NCBI GenBank assembly: GCA_002389285.1
Contig: DGOF01000029.1
Coordinates: 1-63,426, forward strand
Source: Patescibacteria group bacterium UBA4473
GTDB taxonomy: Bacteria; Patescibacteriota; Gracilibacteria; UBA4473
Reading direction: 5' to 3'
DNA length: 63,426 bases
Made by a program: the position numbers and the translations under genes. The notes beneath the pieces were generated by a model. It saw only the letters and a list, made by a program, of their open reading frames with translations, had not been told where the DNA came from and did no database searches. Below, one piece after another: positions 1 to 6,914 of this stretch (within the stretch, counting starts at the first letter, position 1; the number at the start of each line of letters is the position of its first letter).

Positions 1-1490
1 AGGAAAAATAAACAGAGCAGTGGTACTAAGAAGAGTGAGGCGACCAGTGCGCCCAGCATCGCAAAGATATTCGTGAAGGCGAGGGGATGGAAGAGCTTTC
101 CTTCCATGCCTTCAAGCGCAAAGATTGGCACGAAAGAGAGGGCGATAATGAAGATGGCGAAAACCAGTGGTGCGGCAACTTCTTTGGTTGATTCTAAAAT
201 AACTAAAAAGCGTTGCTGAAAGGTCTTGGGGTTTTGTGCTTTTAATAAATGCTGATAAGCATTTTCTGTCACGACGATGGCACTATCAACCATGGTTCCG
301 ATGGCGATGGCGATCCCGCCAAGACTCATGATGTTGGAAGGAATGCCTAAAGTATACATAGCTAAAAACGTCATCAAAACACCAAAGATTAACGCGATAG
401 CCGTGATAATAGTCGCGCCACCATGGAGTAAAAAGGCCCAGAGGACCAGGCCGGTAATCATCAACATCTGTAGCAAAACATTGCGGAGGGTACGAATTGC
501 GTTTTGGATCAGTTCGGTTCGATCGTAAAAAGGTTGAATAGTAATGCCTTCGGGGAGGCTTTTTTCTATGTCACTGATTTTATTTTTTACCTGCCCAATG
601 ACTTCGAGAGGATTTTCGCCATAACGCATGACGACGATACCGCCGACTTTTTCGGATTCACTATCAGCGAGTATGCCGCGTCGAAAAGTACTTCCCGTAC
701 GAACTATTCCAACATCTTGGATTGTCAGGGGGACGCCGTCGGCACGATGGCCTAAGACAAGGGAGGTCATTTCTTCGGGGGATTCAAAAAATCCCAAGCC
801 TTGGATCGCGATTTCGCGCTCACCGTGTTCGAGGACTTTGCCGGAGACATTGTTATTGGCGTCTTGAATGGTTTTTATGACGTGGGGGAGACTGACATCG
901 TATTGTTCAAGTTTGACCGGATCGAGGACCACTTGGTAGGTTTTGAGATAACCGCCGACCGAGGCGATTTCGGCTACGCCGGAGAGACTTTGTAAATTAT
1001 ATCTGACCGTAAAATCTTGTAATGATCGTAGTTGGGTGAGGGAGTGTGTTTTACTCTCAAGGGTATACATAAAAATATGCCCGACGCCGGTGGCATCCGG
1101 CCCTAGCAGAGGCGTTACGCCGGAAGGAAGTTGATTGGCAATAACACTCAGTCTTTCACTTACCCGATCCCGGGCAAAATAAATGTCAGTTTTATCTTCA
1201 AAAATAACGGTTACGAGGGAGGTCCCGAGCATGGAGCTGCTGCGAACGGCTTTGACCTGGGGGAGTCCCTGCATGCTCACCGTGAGGGGATAGGTGACCT
1301 GATCTTCAATGTTTTGGGGAGACTGTCCGGCCCATCGGGTCATGACGATGACTTGGTTTTCCGAAAGATCGGGGATCGCATCAACGGGCGTTTTCATGAG
1401 CGAAAGACTTCCCATTAAGATCAAAATCACAAATATAATGCTCGTAAGAAATCTGTTTTCCAGGGCGAAAGTGATAAGTTTATTGATCAT
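1..1490 (-). CDS. Heavy-metal efflux RND transporter, CusA/CzcA family. Partial: the N-terminal ~496 aa are present and the C-terminus lies off the window.
   Basis: Minus-strand ORF with ATG at 1490-1488, open to the window edge. It is absent from the ORF track because its stop is off-window. My translation starts MINKLITFALENRFLTSIIFVILILMGSLSLMKTPVDAIPDLSENQVIVMTRWAGQSPQNIEDQVTYPLT and continues through GGIAIAIGTMVDSAIVVTENAY and ALEGMEGKLFHPLAFT, typical of the CusA/CzcA N-terminal half. The start overlaps the stop of the adaptor gene by 11 nt (1480-1490). Confidence 0.9.
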   Translation of the reverse strand, partial: MINKLITFALENRFLTSIIFVILILMGSLSLMKTPVDAIPDLSENQVIVMTRWAGQSPQNIEDQVTYPLTVSMQGLPQVKAVRSSSMLGTSLVTVIFEDKTDIYFARDRVSERLSVIANQLPSGVTPLLGPDATGVGHIFMYTLESKTHSLTQLRSLQDFTVRYNLQSLSGVAEIASVGGYLKTYQVVLDPVKLEQYDVSLPHVIKTIQDANNNVSGKVLEHGEREIAIQGLGFFESPEEMTSLVLGHRADGVPLTIQDVGIVRTGSTFRRGILADSESEKVGGIVVMRYGENPLEVIGQVKNKISDIEKSLPEGITIQPFYDRTELIQNAIRTLRNVLLQMLMITGLVLWAFLLHGGATIITAIALIFGVLMTFLAMYTLGIPSNIMSLGGIAIAIGTMVDSAIVVTENAYQHLLKAQNPKTFQQRFLVILESTKEVAAPLVFAIFIIALSFVPIFALEGMEGKLFHPLAFTNIFAMLGALVASLFLVPLLCLFF

Positions 1491-3117
1491 TTTCTGTTTC
1501 TTGAGGTGCTAGAAAAGGTTTGCTTTCTCGAAAAAATCGAGAAGAGGCGGTCTGGATAATATTCAGATCTTTTGTGAGAAGTTCGGATTTTACATCGCTG
1601 TACTCACCGTCTTCGGCGAGGACTTGTACGATGAGGTGGGCTAACGATTCATCTTCCTGAATGATCCAGAGATAAAAGTCAGACCCTTTGCGCTTGAGGG
1701 CGGTGGAAGGAACGGACCACACGGGGTTTTCTTGATCTAACAAATGTACATAGATGCTCGTGTTGTGTGACCAGTCTTGAGGGGTATCTAACACGGCCTG
1801 TGCTTGTGCGGTGCGAGACATCGCATCAAAAGAAGCGCCGATACTGGTGATCTGGGCCGGGAATTTTTTATTATCTTGGGGAAGACTGATGAGAATCTCA
1901 TCAGTAATTTTTATTTTTTTCATCCAGGATTCTGGCACACCGAAGTGAATTTCTTGTGGGTTTTCTTGGCCGAGGGTGGTGTGTACGTTTTCAACGGCAA
2001 AGAGGGCTTTGGAGGGATGAACGTTGTGTCCGATCTCGGCGAAGCGTCGCACGATTACGCCATCGAAAGGCGCGGTAACGCGTACGTGTCCGCTTTGGGC
2101 CAGAACATTTTGATAGGCTTCTTGAGCCACTTGGACTCGGTTTTGGGCATCAGAGATGCTTTTTTGTGACTGAGAAGATGTCAGGTCAAGGCCTTTAGTG
2201 GCCTGCTTGACGGAAACCGACAATTGATCGGCCCTGAGAAGAGTCTTTTCCAGTCGATCGAGCGCAGCCAAAACATTTTGTCTGTTTTTCTGAAGCGCTA
2301 AGTGATTCTGTGAATTTTCAGAAGCGCTTTGGTAGAGTTCTTCGGCAAGAGAAAGTAAGATTTCGAGTGATCGTATTTGGATTTGCACTGACGCTTGATC
2401 TAATCGGTTCTGCCGAGCAGATTTATACTGATTAAAAATTTTGTTTTCCAAGAGGCTGTTGTTGAAGTTGCCTTTCAGCGCCGATGCATTTTGGATCGTG
2501 CCGGTATCGCCGTATAAAATTTTCTTCGTGTTCTGAAAAGCCGCATCTGAAATCGACTGTGCATGATCGAGATCTTGCTGGAGTTGGCTTCGTTCGTTCA
2601 AGCTTCCGCCCTCGATTGTTGTGTCGAGTTGGGTTTGGGCCTGAAGGAGTTTTTTCTCTGATACAGAGATAGATTCACTGGCCACTCCGCGCGTATTGGC
2701 CAAGTTTTGTTCCGCCGCGATGAGCTGGGCTTTGGCTTTTGCGATTTGGCTTGAGCTTTGGCCGGCGACTCCCTGCGGGAAGAGAAAGGCAAGCGTTTGT
2801 CCGATTTGAATCTCATCCCCGACATCGACCAAAATATCCTTGAGCAGTCCTTCTCGCCGCGGATGAATCATAGCGAACTGATTGGAATGAACCTGTCCGA
2901 TGAGTTTAATACTCGAGAAAGATTCAGAAATTTGAGGATTTATAGATTTGTGAATTTTCGCATTGGTGGATTTTGAAACTTTTGAATGTGTGGGCGTGGG
3001 TGTTTGAGTCTTTGTGAAGATGAAAACAAAAATCACAAGGATTATTATTCCCGCATAAATTCCCCATTCCCATAATTTTATGGGCCTTTTCCAAAAAGCC
3101 TTGAATATGTTTTTCAT
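1480..3117 (-). CDS. Efflux RND periplasmic adaptor (membrane fusion protein, HlyD/CusB-like)
   Basis: 545 aa with an N-terminal TM helix, then a lipoyl-like hairpin (MIHPRREGLLKDILVDVGDEIQIGQTLAFL), a long coiled-coil middle, and a beta-barrel segment (VTAPFDGVIVRRFAEIGHNV). It is translationally coupled to the RND pump gene. Confidence 0.8.
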   Translation of the reverse strand: MKNIFKAFWKRPIKLWEWGIYAGIIILVIFVFIFTKTQTPTPTHSKVSKSTNAKIHKSINPQISESFSSIKLIGQVHSNQFAMIHPRREGLLKDILVDVGDEIQIGQTLAFLFPQGVAGQSSSQIAKAKAQLIAAEQNLANTRGVASESISVSEKKLLQAQTQLDTTIEGGSLNERSQLQQDLDHAQSISDAAFQNTKKILYGDTGTIQNASALKGNFNNSLLENKIFNQYKSARQNRLDQASVQIQIRSLEILLSLAEELYQSASENSQNHLALQKNRQNVLAALDRLEKTLLRADQLSVSVKQATKGLDLTSSQSQKSISDAQNRVQVAQEAYQNVLAQSGHVRVTAPFDGVIVRRFAEIGHNVHPSKALFAVENVHTTLGQENPQEIHFGVPESWMKKIKITDEILISLPQDNKKFPAQITSIGASFDAMSRTAQAQAVLDTPQDWSHNTSIYVHLLDQENPVWSVPSTALKRKGSDFYLWIIQEDESLAHLIVQVLAEDGEYSDVKSELLTKDLNIIQTASSRFFRESKPFLAPQETENDQ

Positions 3118-3145
3118 GATAAAAATGAATAAGAATTACAAAGGT

Positions 3146-3382
3146 TTAGTGACCGTGTGATTCCATATCCATATCCATTTCGTGTTCATGCATGTTGTCC
3201 ATGTCCCCCAGATGATCTTCGATCGACATGTTCATGCGAGCAGCGGCTTCTTTTTGTTCTTGGAATTCTTCCATAGAAAGTCCATAAGAAGCGGCCATGT
3301 CAGCTTCGGTCATAGGTTTTTGACCACAAGCGGTGAGAAGAAAAGCGAAGGCGAAGATGAAAACGATTGATAATTTTTGCAT
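3146..3382 (-). CDS. Small Met/His-rich lipoprotein, putative periplasmic metal (Cu/Ag) binding protein
   Basis: 78 aa with a lipobox (LLTAC). The C-terminus MNMSIEDHLGDMDNMHEHEMDMDMESHGH is rich in Met/His/Asp. It lies directly upstream of the adaptor/pump genes on the same strand. Confidence 0.6.
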   Translation of the reverse strand: MQKLSIVFIFAFAFLLTACGQKPMTEADMAASYGLSMEEFQEQKEAAARMNMSIEDHLGDMDNMHEHEMDMDMESHGH

Positions 3383-3440
3383 AATAAAAAAAGAAAAAAG
3401 AAATAAAAAATAAATCCTACTAAGAATATTCTTTTTCTGT

Positions 3441-3788
3441 CTAGAGCAAAAGCTGGATTGTCTTGGTAATGATCGCTGGAGGATCTGGGCTGGAAAAAAC
3501 CAGCATCAAGGATTTTGGTGTAAAGATCGGTGCGGCGATGAAATCAGGAATCGTGTAGCTTGTTTGGAGAACAATCTCTGGGGAATCGCTTTCTAAAACA
3601 GTGGTCTCACTCCAGGCTTCTGCGGCTTCTAAGCAGGCGTCGCAGTTTGCTTCTTCTTGTTCGGGAGCTTGTTCCTGATGACAGGGAGGTAGTTCGGTCG
3701 CCTCAACGGTCATGCCTCCCATGAAGCTAAAGCAACTCAGGAGGAAGAGTTTGGAGAAGAGAAGGGAGAGCGAGGAGATTCGGTTCAT
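3441..3788 (-). CDS. Hypothetical secreted protein (signal peptide, Cys-containing acidic segment)
   Basis: 115-aa ORF with a hydrophobic N-terminus (LSLLFSKLFLLSCFSFMGG) followed by CHQEQAPEQEEANCDAC. No family recognised. It sits between the ncRNA array and the efflux operon. Confidence 0.5.
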   Translation of the reverse strand: MNRISSLSLLFSKLFLLSCFSFMGGMTVEATELPPCHQEQAPEQEEANCDACLEAAEAWSETTVLESDSPEIVLQTSYTIPDFIAAPIFTPKSLMLVFSSPDPPAIITKTIQLLL

Positions 3789-3829
3789 GGATACACGCGG
3801 ATTGTAGCAGGGAAGCGGATGTGCGTAAA

Positions 3830-4047
3830 GAGAGAGACCGCCTTTTTTAGGGGCGGTCTCGTCCTGTTTCGGTACGGGGCAGGCTCACAGGCGTATAGTC
3901 TGTGAGCATGTGGTTGGTCAGTGTGATTAACCGACGAAGGAGGTCGCACTGAACCGAACACGCTGTCCGTTACTTTTCCCCGATAATACTCGTTCCATCG
4001 GAAGAGTCCGGGAGAGATGAAGCTAAAAGCTTCGAAGCAAACAGGTT
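3830..4047 (-). ncRNA. Structured ncRNA, copy 1 (subfamily A), unknown family
   Basis: Minus-strand promoter: TTGACA (4081-4076), N16, TAAATT (4059-4054). Predicted 5' end ~4047. Hairpin 1 is GAAGCU/AGCUUC (4019-4033). Hairpin 2 is UUCC-GAU-GGAA (3989-4006). The closing helix pairs CCUGUUU (4045-4039) with AAACAGG (3869-3863). The terminal hairpin at 3834-3860 has a 9-bp stem but only a weak U-tract, so this is the least terminator-like of the four copies. Confidence 0.7.
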
Positions 4048-4097
4048 GATACTAATTTAGTATTTACTGCGTATTTGTCAAATCTTTTTAGGATTTA

Positions 4098-4320
4098 AAA
4101 CAAAGATAAGAGGGCCGCCTTTGTGGGGCGACCCAGACCTATTTCGGTTTATCTAATGTTAGTGAGGGTGATTCCTCGCTAACATATGTCCAGATACAGT
4201 GAGGACAGGCCCGGAGGGCCCACTGGAGCAGGATGAACTTTCTTGATTTTCCCCGATATACTCGTTCCATCGGAAGAGCCCGGGAGAAAGAAGCCAGAGG
4301 CTTCAAAAGCAAATAGGTTG
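4098..4320 (-). ncRNA. Structured ncRNA, copy 2 (subfamily A), unknown family
   Basis: Promoter: TTGACA (4354-4349), N16, TTAAAG (4332-4327). Hairpin 1 is GAAGCC/GGCUUC (4290-4304). Hairpin 2 is at 4261-4278. The closing helix pairs CCUAUUU (4317-4311) with AAAUAGG (4144-4138). The terminator is GGGUCGCC-loop-GGCGGCCC (4134-4112) followed by UCUUAUCUUUGUUUU. Confidence 0.75.
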
Positions 4321-4361
4321 ACGCTACTTTAACTGTTTTTGTCGATTGTGTCAATTTTTGT

Positions 4362-4589
4362 ACAAGGAAAAACGGCCGCTTTGTGGGCGGCCTGGGTTTG
4401 TTTCGTGTGCTATATGGATTACGGATCATGATTGAATGTAGATCCATTCGGACGAGGTCCGTCTCCTGACGAAGTCAGAATAGAGAACCGGGCCTTGTCC
4501 GAAGCAGCGGCTTATTTCTTCTCGGACTCATTCCATCGGAAGAGCCATGCGAGAAAGAGGGGTTCTGAAAGAACCAAGCAAACAAACTT
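4362..4589 (-). ncRNA. Structured ncRNA, copy 3 (subfamily B), unknown family
   Basis: Promoter: TTGACA (4623-4618), N16, TAACTT (4601-4596). Hairpin 1 is GGUUCU/AGAACC (4561-4575). Hairpin 2 is at 4527-4544. The closing helix pairs GUUUGUUU (4587-4580) with AAACAAAC (4403-4396). The terminator is GGCCGCC-CACAAA-GCGGCC followed by GUUUUUCC (4392-4365). Confidence 0.75.
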
Positions 4590-4635
4590 GTTTCTAAGTT
4601 ACTCATTTTTCACAATATGTCAATGCTTCTTGCTT

Positions 4636-4855
4636 CTTTAAAAAACAGGACCGCTTTGAGGGCGGCCCGGGTTTGTTTCGCGTGCTTTCTCAGTCAGGTT
4701 TTATGGTGAAAACCGGAGTGAGGATATAAATGGGAACCTTTAGACGAAGTCAGGTTCACATTTCATCAGCATCTATCTGATCTCTTCTCTGACTGATTTC
4801 ATCGAAATAGTCATGGGAGAAAGAGGGGTTCTAAAAGAACTCAGCAAACAAACTT
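4636..4855 (-). ncRNA. Structured ncRNA, copy 4 (subfamily B), unknown family
   Basis: Promoter: TTGACA (4889-4884), N16, TAAGTT (4867-4862). It begins 17 nt after the stop of the vWA gene. Hairpin 1 is GUUCU/AGAAC (4828-4840). Hairpin 2 is the variant UUUC-GAU-GAAA (4793-4810). The closing helix pairs GUUUGUUU (4853-4846) with AAACAAAC (4678-4671). The terminator is GGGCCGCC-CUCAAA-GCGGUCC followed by UGUUUUUU (4668-4638). Confidence 0.75.
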
Positions 4856-4905
4856 AAGCCTAACTTAGTTGTTATCTTAATTTTGTCAAGTCTTCTTCGT
4901 TTTGG

Positions 4906-6903
4906 CTATGATTTTGACGAGAAGGCGTCGATATTTTCTTCTAAAAACGTGATGGTTTTATCGACGGCCTCCCCTACGCGGTGGCTGGCAGCGGCGTGCA
5001 TACGGGTTCGGCAATGGGGACGAAAATGAGACTCATACATTTCAATCACGGCTTGTGCACAGGGGGCGACACCATTCACCATGAAATAAATCCCTAAGGG
5101 ATCTTCTTGGATTTGATTCAAAACGGTATCTTCGGGAAGTGTGTCATATCCATCACTGAGGATAGATATGAATTTTAAGGCATTGGGATCGTGTAATTTC
5201 ATTCGTGAGTATCCATATTTTAAGGATGCTTCACTATTGGTTCCTCCAGGATTTTGCATTTCGAGGATTATTTGGTAAAATCCTTGGACGAGCGTTTTGA
5301 GGGTGGGGGCGTCATCGAGGGGGACCACAAGTTTTATGCCACTGTGAAACAATATGACTTCTGTTTGAACCGGGCTTTCCATGCCGCGGGGAAGTTTGTA
5401 TCGTCCGGATTTGTTTCGAAGTTCTTCGGCAATATTGAGCGCGGATTGCATGAAAGCCGTGTAATATCCGAGGGTTTCATTCAGTTGGTCGCCCATACTT
5501 CCGGATACATCAATTATTTTTTGAATCTGGAGGATTTTGGGGGTGAGAAAGTTTCGTTGATTGACATATACGGGGGCATCAAATTCGCCCATCCGTCCTC
5601 GGGTCCAGGCTTCGGCTTCGCGGCCGGGTTCCACCATGGATCCGGATCGTTGTCTTCGAACGGGCATTTTTCGGTATTCTTGTTGAATAAAACGAGTGAA
5701 GACTTCGGTGAGACGTGTGATTTGCGGAGAAAATATGTCACAGGTTTGAAGATATTGGCGATAGATTTCGGGGGGTATTTCGAGTTGCTCGGCCATTTCT
5801 TGAATGTGAGAATCCAATATTTTTCCGCTCATTTTACCACTCCCATCAGCGTCTGTTCCCAGGAGATCATCGATTCTCTTGGCCGCTTCTTGAAGGTTTG
5901 CTTCGACGACCTGCTTTCCTTCTTTTGTTCCTGGTTTTACGGTTGTTGATTGTTGAGTCACCACTTCAATTTGTCGGTTGTGTTGTGCGATTTGTTCGAT
6001 GATTTCTTTGAGTTTGGCTCGCGGATCGTCTGCTTTGGAACATTGTTCATCGATATCCTCTTGAAGGAGTCGACCGAGGTCCTGCATGCCTTCAAAAAAG
6101 ACCATGCATTTTTCATGCACGGAGGAGGTGGTACTTCTGAGGGATCGGAAGTAATGTTCCATGGTTGGAACTTCGTTTACAACTTTCGGAGGAAGGGTGT
6201 TGGTCTCTGGCATTCCAAAAAAAGGTGCCGTGAGAAAGAGGTTTTGAAAGGCTATGTGATCCATGGCTCCTTCAAATTCGTTGTCTTTCCAGACAAATTC
6301 TTGGGTTTCTTTAAATTCCTGAGCACGTTTTTGTCCGGCCTCTCTTTCTTCCGGGCTGACACAACCCATTTCTTTTGAAAAGATCGTTCCTCGATTTAAA
6401 AGAAAACACTGTCGCAAAAGATCTTGGGTGGTGACATTTTCGGCATGAGGGGCGATGGTTTCAAGGATCACGTCCGCACAAGTATTAATGAACCCGCGCG
6501 CCATTTGTTCTTTGGTTTGTTGGGGAAGTTCTGCAGGAAGTTGGCTTATGGTTGCGGGAATCAGGGCTTCACATTGATCTTGAAATTGGAGCAGTTCTGG
6601 TAAATGGTGACCGAATTCATGCGCAAAACAGGCCATTTTTTCATCGATGGGAAGGGTGAAAATCGTGTAGGGATTGTAGAAAATGATCTGTTGTTTGATC
6701 AAGGTCGCATATCCAGGGTTGTCAGGCGTGGCTTCTGGGTCAGGTTGTAAAGGGAATCTCCTCGCATTGGGAATGAGTTGCTCGAGAATCTGTAAAAAGG
6801 CCTCCCCATTATCCCCATCTTCAGAAAAGGCTTCTGCAAGAGTGGTCGGAAGAGGACGTTCTATGTCCACTTGAGTCGGTAAGAGGTCTTCGTTTGGTGG
6901 CAT
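4906..6903 (-). CDS. HExxH metallopeptidase-like N-terminal domain fused to a C-terminal von Willebrand factor A (vWA) domain with an intact MIDAS motif
   Basis: 665 aa. CFAHEFGHHLPE carries the HExxH motif (codons at 6621-6607). The vWA domain has IIDVSGSMG (DxSxS at 5511-5497), then GGTNSEASL and ISILSDGYDT. The gene starts 11 nt after the AAA+ gene stop. The architecture resembles the metallopeptidase+VWA partners of MoxR-type ATPases, as far as I recall. Confidence 0.8.
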   Translation of the reverse strand: MPPNEDLLPTQVDIERPLPTTLAEAFSEDGDNGEAFLQILEQLIPNARRFPLQPDPEATPDNPGYATLIKQQIIFYNPYTIFTLPIDEKMACFAHEFGHHLPELLQFQDQCEALIPATISQLPAELPQQTKEQMARGFINTCADVILETIAPHAENVTTQDLLRQCFLLNRGTIFSKEMGCVSPEEREAGQKRAQEFKETQEFVWKDNEFEGAMDHIAFQNLFLTAPFFGMPETNTLPPKVVNEVPTMEHYFRSLRSTTSSVHEKCMVFFEGMQDLGRLLQEDIDEQCSKADDPRAKLKEIIEQIAQHNRQIEVVTQQSTTVKPGTKEGKQVVEANLQEAAKRIDDLLGTDADGSGKMSGKILDSHIQEMAEQLEIPPEIYRQYLQTCDIFSPQITRLTEVFTRFIQQEYRKMPVRRQRSGSMVEPGREAEAWTRGRMGEFDAPVYVNQRNFLTPKILQIQKIIDVSGSMGDQLNETLGYYTAFMQSALNIAEELRNKSGRYKLPRGMESPVQTEVILFHSGIKLVVPLDDAPTLKTLVQGFYQIILEMQNPGGTNSEASLKYGYSRMKLHDPNALKFISILSDGYDTLPEDTVLNQIQEDPLGIYFMVNGVAPCAQAVIEMYESHFRPHCRTRMHAAASHRVGEAVDKTITFLEENIDAFSSKS

Positions 6904-6914
6904 GAATATTTCTT

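Larger units (their letters stand above)
3830..4895 (-). repeat. Tandem array of four paralogous ~265-bp units. Each unit is promoter + structured ncRNA + terminator.
   Basis: The unit recurs at ~265-275 bp spacing. The conserved block ctcgttccatcggaagag is at 3989-4006 and 4261-4278, with variants at 4527-4544 and 4793-4810. tgtcaa (TTGACA on the minus strand) is at 4076-4081, 4349-4354, 4618-4623 and 4884-4889. GC-rich hairpins sit at 3834-3860, 4112-4134, 4374-4392 and 4648-4668. Confidence 0.9.

Noticed and set aside
277-1512. Several 60-95-aa plus-strand ORFs at the left end
   Set aside because: They lie antisense to a clearly conserved CusA/CzcA reading frame that runs off the window.
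4139-4641. Track ORFs 4139-4447 (-) and 4432-4641 (+) inside the repeat array
   Set aside because: They run across promoter, terminator and unit boundaries, have odd composition, and are not reproduced in the paralogous units. They are best explained as chance ORFs in RNA genes.
3830-4895. Could the four repeats be a CRISPR array?
   Set aside because: The units are ~265 bp long and each carries its own promoter-like and terminator-like elements. There are no short (25-40 bp) direct repeats alternating with unique spacers, and no cas genes are present.
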